Origin: Octopus bimaculoides
Lineage: Eukaryota
Assembly (NCBI RefSeq): GCF_001194135.2
Contig: NC_069009.1
Coordinates: 9,091,923-9,130,194 of the forward strand
Direction of reading: 5' to 3'
Length of the DNA: 38,272 nucleotides
A model generated the notes under the pieces. That model was not told where the DNA came from, searched no databases, and saw only the letters and a list, made by a program, of their open reading frames with translations. Each line of letters begins with the position of its first letter. The first letter of the stretch is position 1. A program made the translations under genes and the position numbers. Shown piece by piece: positions 25,101 to 32,625 of this stretch.

Positions 25101-26182
25101 ACAGGACTTTTGCAGGTCAGTTCTCTTCACAAGGGGAGTACAGGTCTTCTTGAGTACAGCAAGGTGCCTGACATATATGGTCCTTTTTTATCTGAAAGGT
25201 TCAGCATCCTGAGCTCATCCTAACCTTTGTCCTCTGTATGTGTGTGTATGCTTATATATATATACATTAAACTACGGTTTACTTTTAAATTACCTGCTAC
25301 CATATACCTTATAACAAGGACCTACATCATCATCATCATCATCATCATCGTTTAACGTCCGCTTTCCATGCTAGCATGGGTTGGACGATTTGACTGAGGA
25401 CTGGTGAAACCAGATGGCTACACCAGGCTCCAATCTGATTTGGCAGAGTTTCTACAGCTGGATGCCCTTCCTAACGCCAACCACTCCGAGAGTGTAGTTT
25501 ATTTATATATATATATATATCATCATCATCATCGTTTAACGTCCGCTTTCCATGCTAGCATGGGTTGGACGATTTGACTGAGGACTGGTGAAACCGGATG
25601 GCAACACCAGGCTCACTGAGGTAATTACCAGGAGTGCATCTGGATACATCTATCCCTTAGAGTGTTTAAACACTTCTAACTTATTCCGTATATATATATA
25701 TATATATATATTGTAAAGTACAGATAAGTTGATGTTTTTTTGAATTCAGAATTGCCATTAGAACAGCAGAAATACTGGGTAAGTTACCCTTACAAAGTGG
25801 AAAAATTTTTCAGCGGGCAGTTTAGCTTAATAGTAAAGCACTCTGCTGAAGTCTTTAGGGATGTGGGTTTGAGTTCCGTAACTGTTTGTTGACAAATTTT
25901 TACCAGTTCTAATGGCAATTCTGTGTTTGAAAAATATCATTTCATCTATATTGTACAATACACATTTTGACACTTATAAAAAAAACTACACATAGTTATA
26001 TATATATATGTCTGTCTATTTCTAATACTGTCAGATTGTGAACAACAATTCTAACATAGAGAAATGCCTACCAATTATTGTGTTGCTGGGACGTCTGTTG
26101 GACACTTTGACAGACTTACACAAAACTTACTATCATTACTACAGTAAGTATGACATTATTATTATTATTATTATTATTAGTG

Positions 26183-26233
<51 letters not shown>

Positions 26234-29015
26234 ATAGCAGTAGCAGCAGTAGTAGCAGCAGCAGCAGTAGTAGTAGTAAGGCGATGAACTGCTTAGCGGT
26301 ATTTCACCTATCACTGTGTTCTGAGTTCAAATTCTGCCAAGGTTGACTTTGCCTTTAATCCTTTCAGGGTCAATAAAATAAATACCAGTTGAACACTGGG
26401 GTTGATGTAATCGACTCATCCCCACCTCCCCCAAGCTGCCTTTGTGGTAAAAATTTGGAAATAATAATTATTATGAACTGTAGTATGGAATTATTAATGT
26501 TGTTGTTGATGTTCTAACACTCTTTTACATTCTGTGTTCAAACTGTGTTCATTTCCACACACATGGGGACACACAGTGGGCTTCCACACAGTTTCTACCA
26601 AATTATTTCACAATTATGGTTTCAATTTTTGGAACAAGGCCAGCAGTTTCAAGTGAGTGGGTAAGTCAATTACATCAACTAGTGTTCAACTGGTTCTTAG
26701 TTTATCAACCCAGAATGGATAAATGGCAAAGCCGACCTTGACGGCATTTGAACTCAGAACATAAAGATGAGTGAAATGCCACTAAGCATTTTACGAGGCG
26801 TGCTAACAATTCTGCCAGTTTGCCACCTTTCGTTATTATTATTATTACTATGTTATTGAGTGAGAGAGCAGTGCATGCCATCAAAGTGACACTGGGGTAA
26901 AATATATGAAGCCCATTATACCCATCATGACTACCCGTCTGATAAGGGTACACCAGGCACATGCATCTCAACCATATGTGTGCGACATGATGATCTCATA
27001 TCAAGATAAACAGCGCATGACCTCACAGATGGGGCCCAGTTAGAATTTTCTTCAGGTTGAGTAGCCCATCCCGCTCAAAAGGTCCCTGAATAAGGTTTGT
27101 TTAAGGATGTTGAGCAAAACACACATGNNNNNNNNNNNNNNNNNNNNNNNNNNNNNNNNNNNNNNNNNNNNNNNNNNNNNNNNNNNNNNNNNNNNNNNNN
27201 NNNNNNNNNNNNNNNNNNNNNNNNNNNNNNNNNNNNNNNNNNNNNNNNNNNNNNNNCGCATGACCTCACAGATGGGGCCCAGTTAGAATTTTCTTCAGGT
27301 TGAGTAGCCCATCCCGCTCAAAAGGTCCCTGAATAAGGTTTGTTTAAGGATGTTGAGCAAAACACACATGTTTCCAAAAGTGAATTATTCAAACCCCAAA
27401 GAATTCCTCTCAACACATGGCTATGATGCTCCCCCACTACTTCTGCTCATGATCATAGATGCACATATCGTCAGCCACCAAGGGACATGCTCAACTGGTT
27501 AAGGTCAAACAACTGACAAGCAAATCTGTGGTATTGAGCAGAATATTTACTGTAGCCCATCTTTTTATACCATGACAAAACAATGTACATGATTACACTC
27601 CAATCAATTAAGATCAGAAGCCATGAGAGTCACTGCCTGGTACTGCATCCAGGCATTGATATTATATTATTATTATTATTATGATAATGATAATGATGAT
27701 GAATGATAGTAATAATAAAATTTTGAGCTCAAATTCCGCTGAAGTTGAATTTATCTTTCAGTCATCAGCACTCTATAAAATCAGGTACCAGTAATATATT
27801 GGACGTCATTGAATCAATATACTCACTGCCAAAACATTAATCCTTATGCCAATGTAAGAAATTATTATAATTTTTGTTTGTTAATTAATCCATGTGCCTA
27901 CCTGTCTGTCTATTCATCTATCTATATATTGTGCCCCTTTCAACTCTCTTTTTTCCCCCTCTGCCTCTCTTTCTCTCTCTCTCTCTCTTTCTCTCACTTT
28001 GTCTATTTGCTACTCTCTCTTTCATCTCTCTTACTCTCTCACCTATATATATAAACAAACAGAAAGGAACTCTTGAATGCAGGATAGCTGTGAAGTCAAT
28101 GTAAAAAATCGAGTAAAAGTGATCAGCAAGCCTCAAGCCTCTACACAGAATTGAACCCTGTACCGCTCAAATTCCAGCTGAGTACACTATACCATTAAGC
28201 CTAGAGACCCCTTTTTTTTACCATTTTTGTCCCTTTTTTCTCACTTTATCCTGCCTTCTAAAGAGTATTTACTTAATTTCCTAAGTTGTCTTCACAGCCA
28301 TCCTGCATTCAAGAATTCCTTTATGTTCTGTAGAATATCAACTCACTCAGCACTTATAAGTTTGTTTAGAAAATGTCCTCATACATATATCTTTTATCTT
28401 TTACTTATTTTGGTCATTAGACTGTGGCCAGGCTGGGGCACTACTTTGAAGGCTTTTAGTCAGACGATTAATCCCAAGACTTATTTTTCAAAGCCTAGTA
28501 CTTATTTTTACTCTTGTTTCAGTCATTTGACTGTGGCCATGCTGGAGCACCGCCNNNNNNNNNNAATCGTCCAACCCATGCTAGCATGGAAAGCGGACGT
28601 TACACGATGATGATCACAAATTCCAAATAAAATCTCTTTGATGAGACCAGGAATGGAGAGATTCTACGATGTGGTAGTCTGCCTCCTATGATGGAATCTT
28701 CATTGAGAAATTTACAGTGGCTGGGACACATACACAGGATGGATGACAACACACTCTCCAGACAAATACTTTACTCCCAACTATACAAGGGGGAAAAAAC
28801 AACCATGGAAGACATAGACTGAGATTCAAAGATGTTGCATAAAGGAAAATAAAATGGAAAAGGAATTCTTTTATTCTTATATTTGTTTCAGTCATTTGAC
28901 TGTGGCCATGCTAGAGCACCGCAAAGTTATGGGGACATAAACACACCAGCATCGGTTGTCAAGCGATGAGGGTGGACAAACAGAGACGCACAAACATATA
29001 CACACACACTCACAT

Positions 29016-29054
<39 letters not shown>

Positions 29055-31322
29055 GAGTTTCTTTCAGTTTCTGTCTACCAAATCCACTCACAAGACTTTG
29101 GTCAGCTCAAGGCTATAGTAGAAGACACTTGCCCAAGGTGTCACACAGTGAGCCTGAACCCAGAACCATGTGGTTGGTAAGCAAGCTACTTACCACACAG
29201 CCACTCCTACACCTATAATTTATAAATTTTATAAATCTTTTTTGATGAACTGCTAAGTTATAAACACACCAACACCAGTAAACACACCAATGCCAAATCC
29301 ACTCACAAGACTTTGGTTGGCCCAAGACTATGGTAGAAGACATTGGCCCAAGGTGCCATGCAGTGGGACTGAACCCAGAACCATGTGGTTGGGAAGCAAA
29401 CTAACTTCTTACCACACAGCCACGCACATACCTACAAAATATTAACAGGTTCTGGTGAGGATCAAACTCATGGCCTTCCACATGTAAAGCAGATGTGGTA
29501 ACCACTACATTATATACATGTGAAGGCGTATGGCACAGTGGTTAGAGCATTGTGCTCAAAATCTTGAGGTAGTGAGTTCAATTCTTGGACTGGGCTGTGT
29601 GTTTTGTTCTTGAGCAAAACACTTTATTTCACATTGCTCCAGTTCACTCAGTTGTAGAAATGAGTTGTGATGTCATTGATGCTAAGCTGTATCGGCCCCT
29701 TTGCCTTTCCCTTGGATAACATCAGTTATCAGAGGGGAAGCTGTGCATGGGCAAGTGCTGGTCTTCCATAAACAACCTTGCCCAGACTTGTGCCTTGGAG
29801 GGAAACTTTCTATGCACAATTCCATGGTCATTTATGACCAAAGTAGGGTATTTACCCCTTTTATATATACATATAGTAAAATCAACAAAAAGAATACAGT
29901 GGACTTGCTGTGGGGAATGGAAAATCTAACATTTCAGACACAGCCCTTCTTCAGGGAAAAGTTTAAAGAGGTGAAATTAATAAGACAGCTGTCTCTCATT
30001 AATTTCATTCCTTTCAACTTTTTGCTGAAGAAGGACTGTTGTCTCTGAAACACTGGTTTTTCCACACCTCATGGCAAGTTCACTGTGAATTTTTTATTGA
30101 TTTTACCACACACACATTTCTATTCCTCTCTTCAATATTGTTACTTCACAGACAATACCATATCCTGCCTGGCTGCCTCCCTTGTTCACCCTAACACTGA
30201 TGTCCAGTTGGCTGTACTCTATATAGTACTTCTTTTGGTCAAGGACCCTACTATCAGACCATCACTTCTCACTGACTACCAATACCAGCTATCACAAGCC
30301 ATCATTGTCATTCTCAGCTCATCATCATCAGTTCCCCTCTTGTGCAACATTTTAGGTAAGTCATCATCACTTTCATTATCTTAATACTCACTCTCATCAT
30401 CACATCTATCAGTTTCTTTTGGAAAACAGCTAAGTCACAGATACATAAATGAACCAACTCCCATTATCAAGCAGTGGTGGTACTTGATAACTTTGAACTT
30501 ATTAAATTGGGTTTTTGGAAAACAAATTAATGTGAAATTTTAATGAAAGAACACTTTGAAACACAAAGTTGGTATCAAAAGGGTTTAATGTTCTGAGCCA
30601 ATGGTGTAGCTAGAGTGTGTGCCATCTAAAGCAACCCTTGAGTTTACTGTCCTCCTCCCAAGCTTATACAGTCTTATGTGGTGGCACTCCATCGATTATG
30701 ATGATGCGGGTTCCAGTTGATCTGATTAATAGAACAGCCTGTTCATGAAATTAACATGCAAGTGGCCGAGCACTCCACAGATATGCGTATCCTTAATGTA
30801 GTTCTCAGGGTGATTCAGCGTAACACAGGATGTTACAAGGTTGGCCCTCATTTTTGCCAGTGGAATGGGCTGGAGCAACGTGAAATCAATTGTCTTGCTC
30901 AAGGACACAATGCACCTCCAGGAATTGAACTCATAACCTTACGGTTATGAGCTAAATACTCTAACCACTAAGCCACATGGTCTTATACAGTCTTATACAG
31001 TAGACCTCAAATTGCTGATCCCATAAAAATGTTACCTGAGATTAGACCCTTTCTCACCTACTTATGCTACTGTTTCAATATGACCCTTTTGTCTAAATTT
31101 CAGAAATGGTAAGAGTGTTGTTAATCGAGAATTCATTCCTCCAATTTGTTGTACAGCTGAGGTTGAAGGGATCAAGCCTTGGGTCAGCTTTCAAATCTCT
31201 ACTACAAAACAGGAAGGAATCACTGCAAACTGGAACACTACTCTGTGTCTTGGAACTCCTTACAAGGTCCAGGAGTATTACCCCTGCTGCCAGTGTTCTG
31301 CTCCTTGAGGCTGATATTGCAG
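3309..31322 (+). CDS. MEI1: MEI1 orthologue, 5' partial spliced CDS (6 coding exons, 928 nt, continues beyond the last exon found)
   Basis: Six GT-AG exons join with compatible phases (1,1,0,1,1,1) and no stops. The product parallels human MEI1 as recalled: CVACLVELLEEPSYLIVKKK ~ [29 protein letters not shown] ~ [24 protein letters not shown] ~ GLVYPSEGIQASVCY; FKSLLQNRKESLQ ~ LKKLLLSRDETLQ; EADIA ~ HADIP. Confidence 0.85.
3640..4140 (-). mobile_element. 5'-truncated RTE LINE 3' UTR with (GAT)n tail and internal tandem subrepeats
   Basis: CATCATCATCGTTTAACATCCGCTTTCCATGC start; the same sequence is joined to the RTE ORF end at 35766-36420. Confidence 0.75.
4190..4410 (-). mobile_element. tRNA-derived SINE family C, partial
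   Basis: Reverse complement of the 29525-29845 head (AGTGGTTAGAG...TCTTGAGCAAAACACTT); another partial copy at about 5785-5940. Confidence 0.65.
4655..4870 (+). mobile_element. tRNA-derived SINE family B
   Basis: GCAGAATGGTTAG...GTTCTGAGTTCAAATTCTGCC...CTTTGCCTTTCATCC...AATAAGTACCAGTTG; other copies at about 5520-5705 (+), 26280-26460 (+), 26640-26835 (-). Confidence 0.7.
4877..5280 (+). mobile_element. SINE family A, well-preserved full-length copy
   Basis: GGCGCAGGAGTGGCTGTGTGGTAAG head, CACCTTGGGCAAGTGTCTT CORE-like block, retained CpGs, GACTGAAACAAG tail. Confidence 0.85.
5284..5517. mobile_element. piggyBac-type MITE (decayed)
   Basis: Termini CCCTTTAGCATTT ... AAATGCTAAAGGA; flanks resemble degenerate TTAA; internal 15-bp tandem TTGAGTATAAAACAG x2. 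Confidence 0.6.
6120..6390 (+). repeat. Two tandem copies of the ~140-160-bp (CAA)n-tailed unit also arrayed at 13430-15300
   Basis: CCTAGATACACTATGTCTGAATAAAAAGATGGGATGG...GATCATAGGTCTGCT...CTAAACAACAAC repeated. Confidence 0.7.
6720..6767 (+). CDS. MEI1: MEI1 coding exon 2, 48-bp small exon (GLLEVTEENFLASVIE)
   Basis: ttatttgaattctag|GTTTATTAG...ATTGAAG|gtaaac; phase 1 to 1; resembles human GLLCSMEDGSVTDLCIEV. Confidence 0.8.
7190..7530 (-). mobile_element. RTE-type LINE ORF2 C-terminal relic
   Basis: Minus-strand translation with stops ...WLDMIKKDLQQLGVTLEDAESLALDYQ*WRTLV..., typical of an RTE ORF end. Confidence 0.55.
7940..8450 (+). mobile_element. Probable Penelope-like element terminal-repeat relic
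   Basis: Pyrimidine-rich stretch followed by a CpG-decayed minimal hammerhead motif (8319-8354), the arrangement known for PLE pseudo-LTRs. Confidence 0.45.
8319..8354 (+). ncRNA. Decayed minimal type I hammerhead-like motif
   Basis: CTTT-CTGTCAA-A-GAGC-ATAG-GCTT-GAA-ACAT-C-AAAG; helix I CUUU/AAAG, helix II GAGC/GCUU; reverting CpG decay gives palindromic helix III ACGU and a GUC site. Confidence 0.45.
8532..8982 (+). mobile_element. SINE family A copy
   Basis: Head ACTGTGTGATAAGAAG...GTTCAGTCCC, CORE-like block, internal (TG)n, decayed tail. Confidence 0.75.
9912..10355 (+). mobile_element. RTE LINE 3' fragment (ORF2 end plus start of 3' UTR), running into a gap
   Basis: LRSISCGVQERHLRWYGHVARMDKDSCVKKC...GRGRPRKTWDEVV, characteristic RTE C-terminus. 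Confidence 0.85.
11594..11960 (+). mobile_element. SINE family A copy
   Basis: GGCACAGGTGTGGCTGTGTGGTAAG head to GACTGAAACAAG tail. Confidence 0.75.
11985..12431 (+). mobile_element. RTE 3' UTR fragment with (GAT)n tail
   Basis: GGAAGGGTGTCCAGCTATAGAAACC...CAGCATGGAAAATGGAAGTTAAATGATGATG; similar + copies at about 11070-11358, 13165-13370, 18420-19113, 22100-22745, 24140-24355. Confidence 0.7.
12848..12921 (+). CDS. MEI1: MEI1 coding exon 3 (VCLKLLNLAKSDPLTTLVLDFIANQ)
   Basis: cctttccttttacaaatatttccag|TCTGC...AACCAA|gtaagt (consensus donor); phase 1 to 0; same length as human [25 protein letters not shown]. Confidence 0.8.
14150..14444. mobile_element. hAT-superfamily MITE (295 bp)
   Basis: Perfect 16-bp TIRs CAGGGGTTTTCAAACT / AGTTTGAAAACCCCTG; perfect 8-bp TSD CCTTAGAT (14142-14149, 14445-14452). 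Confidence 0.95.
14654..14712 (+). ncRNA. Type I hammerhead ribozyme fold, copy 1
   Basis: TCTAG-tgt-CTGTGA | CTGATGA (14668-74) | GATAATTACTCT | GAAA (14687-90) | TGCTAGCA-TC | TCACAG-t-CTAGG. Full core and helices I and III present; helix II weak. Confidence 0.75.
14993..15054 (+). ncRNA. Type I hammerhead ribozyme fold, copy 2
   Basis: CCTGG-tgt-CTGTGA | CTGATGA (15007-13) | GCAAATAACTACTCT | GAAA (15029-32) | TGCTAGCA-TC | TCACAA-t-CTAGG. Confidence 0.72.
15307..15715 (+). mobile_element. SINE family A copy
   Basis: GGCTATGTGGTAAGAAG head to GACTGAAACAAAT tail. Confidence 0.8.
15925..16312 (-). mobile_element. SINE family A, antisense copy
   Basis: Reverse complement of the consensus ending CTTACCACACAGCC at about 16310. 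Confidence 0.75.
16331..17621 (-). mobile_element. Tc1-family DNA transposon, apparently full length; centre unassembled (N 16484-17417)
   Basis: 30-bp TIRs (27/30 identical, CARGGGTTGGACAAAATAATGG) flanked by TA. Transposase N-terminus MTDLSDFQ and C-terminus IPLETIQTLYKSIPHRIQAVITAKGGPTPY lie either side of the gap. Confidence 0.9.
17624..18006 (+). mobile_element. SINE family A, well-preserved copy
   Basis: TGTGTGGTAAGTAGC...GGTTCCGGGTTCAGTCCC...GACTGAAACAAGTAAGAG. Confidence 0.85.
18052..18184. repeat. TA-flanked foldback / MITE-like palindrome
   Basis: AGATCTGGGCTACATAT.TTTCATAGTGAG ... CTCACTATGAAA.ATATGTAGCCCAGATCT; arms pair almost to the centre. Confidence 0.8.
19150..19720 (-). 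mobile_element. Decayed RTE LINE 3' fragment
   Basis: Minus strand reads ...RRLYWYGHLMCMNEESCIK...RGRPRKMWDKVV, followed by a 3' UTR ending in a GATGACGAC tail. Confidence 0.7.
19990..20270 (+). pseudogene. pogo/Tigger transposase N-terminal relic
   Basis: SEIACSFGLNETS resembles the Tigger HTH motif (AEVAKIYGKNESS); frameshifted. Confidence 0.45.
20275..20820 (+). mobile_element. SINE family A copy spanning a gap
   Basis: Head at about 20277, gap 20476-20631, tail GACTGAAACAAGTAAAAGATAAAA. Confidence 0.8.
21660..21855 (+). pseudogene. pogo/Tigger transposase DDE-region relic
   Basis: Frameshifted ...EENYKRQIF...LFWKHEPTKIFLAKEEQTVSDYKAPKNRIT ~ LFWKRMPSRTFIAKEEKSMPGFKASKDRLT. Confidence 0.7.
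21870..22100 (+). mobile_element. Decayed RTE ORF2 3' fragment
   Basis: LEKKVGHKRPH...LHCYGHVIHMDKDSCVK...GRNLWKW..KTW, degenerate form of 9912-10175. Confidence 0.6.
23290..23668 (-). mobile_element. SINE family A, antisense copy
   Basis: Reverse complement of the consensus; another antisense copy at about 23895-24512 is split by an RTE 3' UTR insertion (about 24140-24355). Confidence 0.75.
23780..23885 (+). pseudogene. pogo/Tigger transposase C-terminal relic
   Basis: IINAIANI*DSLL*VTSNNMRAMKELL ~ Tigger ILDAIKNIRDSWEEV...WKKL. Confidence 0.45.
25711..25958. mobile_element. TA-flanked TIR element enclosing a tRNA-like cassette
   Basis: About 60-bp imperfect TIRs with a perfect 18-bp core CAGAATTGCCATTAGAAC (25747-25764 / 25906-25923); tRNA-like sequence at 25815-25887. 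Confidence 0.75.
26035..26143 (+). CDS. MEI1: MEI1 coding exon 4 ([36 protein letters not shown])
   Basis: tatttctaatactgtcag|ATTGTG...TACTACA|gtaagt; 109 bp, phase 0 to 1; resembles [27 protein letters not shown]. Confidence 0.85.
26155..26279. repeat. (ATT)n(AGT)n(AGC)n compound trinucleotide microsatellite
   Basis: Seen directly, about 10 bp downstream of the exon 4 donor. Confidence 0.95.
26850..27655. repeat. Unclassified interspersed repeat with a gap and duplicated gap flanks
   Basis: GC-richer non-coding block; 27013-27127 is repeated at 27257-27369 across the N gap. Confidence 0.4.
28136..28209 (-). pseudogene. tRNA-like relic (tRNA pseudogene or SINE head)
   Basis: GGTCTCT/AGAGGCT acceptor stem, TGG-containing D loop, CTCAG-CTGGAAT-TTGAG anticodon arm, GGTTCAAT T loop; T arm out of canonical register. 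Confidence 0.5.
28630..28845 (+). mobile_element. RTE (BovB-like) ORF2 3' fragment
   Basis: RNLQWLGHIHRMDDNTLSRQILYSQL...LRFKDV. Confidence 0.7.
28865..29425 (-). mobile_element. SINE family A antisense fragments (one near-complete plus an extra 5' half)
   Basis: Reverse complement of the consensus; head motif CTTACCACACAGCC at about 29200 and 29415. Confidence 0.7.
29525..29845 (+). mobile_element. tRNA-derived SINE family C
   Basis: GGCGTATGGCACAGTGGTTAGAGC head, GAGTTCAATTC B-box-like motif, TCTTGAGCAAAACACTT block, tail CCATGGTCATTTATGACC. Confidence 0.75.
29876..30106. repeat. ~230-bp imperfect foldback with a hammerhead-like core in each arm
   Basis: Arms align from GTAAAATCAA to TTGATTTTAC around the central palindrome AGACAGCTGTCT (29983-29994). 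CTGAAGA...GAAA cores at 29954-29932 (-) and 30025-30050 (+). Confidence 0.85.
30152..30355 (+). CDS. MEI1: MEI1 coding exon 5 ([24 protein letters not shown]...VPLLCNIL)
   Basis: ttgttacttcacag|ACAATACC...ATTTTAG|gtaagt; 204 bp, phase 1 to 1. Confidence 0.85.
30690..30980 (-). mobile_element. tRNA-derived SINE family D, antisense
   Basis: Shared with 33020-33350 (GGGTTCCAGTTGATC...GTGAAATTAACATGCAAGT); head GGCTTAGTGGTTAGAG...GAGTTCAATTCC on the minus strand. Confidence 0.65.
31104..31322 (+). CDS. MEI1: MEI1 coding exon 6 (EMVRVLLIENSF...LLLEADIAG)
   Basis: ttttgtctaaatttcag|AAATGG...ATTGCAG|gtaatg; 219 bp, phase 1 to 1. Confidence 0.85.
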
Positions 31323-31373
31323 GTAATGTACTCAAATTGGTATCTTATTCCATATCTTTGTCTACTCTTTTAA

Positions 31374-31593
31374 CCCTTTTGTTACCGTATTTATTTTGAG
31401 ATGTTCTGTTTCTTTCAATTAATTTTAAATATAACAAAGAATTTAGTAAAATAACTTAGTTATCATTAGGCTAATGTTAGGAACATAAATTGTGACTAAG
31501 GTTTGGTGGAAGATTTTAATTCAAAACTTATGAAAGCAAGACATTTGTACTACAGAGCCAGAGGTGGTTTCAGCCAGATTGGTATCAAAAGGG
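31374..31593. mobile_element. piggyBac-type MITE (220 bp)
   Basis: TTAA (31370-73) CCCTTTTGTTACC ... GGTATCAAAAGGG TTAA (31594-97); TIRs 12/13. A partial relative ends at about 30585. Confidence 0.9.
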
Positions 31594-31598
31594 TTAAA

Positions 31599-31935
31599 AT
31601 GAATTTAGATCAGATCCAAATCAGACACTGCATGTTGTATGAATCCAAAAGCTCTTCTAGAATGGAAGCAGCAAGAAATATTCATTCTGTCTATGGAAAT
31701 GAAGCTTTAAGTGTCCAGATATGCCAGTGATGGTTTGACTTCCACTTGGGAAATTTTTCTTTCATAGATTCCCCTCAATCTAGACAACCAAATTCTGTCA
31801 ATAATGAACTTCTGAAAATTATATTTAACTGCATTAGAATTAACAAAACAGTTCATTTCAAGTCACACTTTTCCCATAAAATACCTTCAGGAACAAGGAA
31901 AAGGGTCCAAACTTGGTCAGTGGTCTCTCATCTCT
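31599..31935 (+). pseudogene. mariner transposase N-terminal relic
   Basis: MNLDQIQIRHCMLYE...EAARNIHSVYGNEALSVQICQ*WF...DSPQSRQP ~ mariner HTH; ends near a decayed WVPHEL motif. Confidence 0.7.
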
Positions 31936-32102
31936 CAAGGTTTTATCGATATTATATATGATATATTCATATTTTACTGTTCAATTTGTATGCCCCCAAC
32001 CTGCTCAACCATTAGCAAATACAACACCATTCATGTTTTGAAAATAAGTTACCCAATCAAATTTAAATGCTTATTTGTCATATTGGATTATATTAAATTA
32101 TA

Positions 32103-32625
32103 TTAGGTTGGCAACTAAGTTCCCACCGTTTTTTTTTTTTTTTAATTTAAATTTTTTAAAAGGTTTAATAAAAAATAACTAATTAATCAATAATGTATTC
32201 ACCCTTGTTGTTTACAACTTCTTCCCAACGTTCAACAAGATTTTCAATACCTCGTTGGTAGAAATCACCCAATTTCGACTCGAAAAATTGATCAACCATG
32301 CTCTCAATTCTGCATCAGTATTGAACGAAACTCTGTGCATAGCATTTGAAAGAGATCGAAAGAGGTGGAAATCTGTTGGTGCCAAATCAGGAGAGTACAG
32401 TGAGTGTGGCAGTACTTCCCAGTCATGCATTTGTATGGCTTCCTTGGTCATATAGGCAATATGAGGGCGGGCGTTGTTGTGCAGCAGAACTATTTTTTCT
32501 TGTATAGCCGTGTTGAGTCGTTCCATCTGTTGAACATAGAGTTCCGTGTTGACCGTTTGATTCCATTCAAGCCATTCATAATGGATAATCCCTTCCCAGT
32601 CCCACCATACGCACAACATTGATTT
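32103..32625 (-). mobile_element. mariner (DD34D) 3' half with terminal TIR
   Basis: MLCVWWDWEGIIHYE...LLHNNARPH...HSLYSPDLAPTDFHLFRSL; TA|TTAGGTTGGCAACTAAGTT terminus at 32101-32121. Confidence 0.9.

Noticed and set aside
25327-25612. Adjacent near-identical RTE 3'-end copies, a CRISPR-like or tandem appearance
   Set aside because: Ordinary young 5'-truncated LINE tails or mis-assembly; no repeat-spacer structure, and the DNA is eukaryotic.
26038-26346. ORF with a long poly-Ser tail
   Set aside because: The real exon ends at the GTAAGT donor (26144); the poly-I/poly-S is intronic microsatellite.
27013-27369. Direct repeats flanking N gaps (also about 36115-36240 and 37255-37332)
   Set aside because: Identical sequence on both sides of a gap is typical of unmerged contig overlaps.
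28227-28380. Candidate MEI1 exon (EYLLNFLSCLHSH...)
   Set aside because: No MEI1 similarity or suitable donor; the true exon 5 is 30152-30355.
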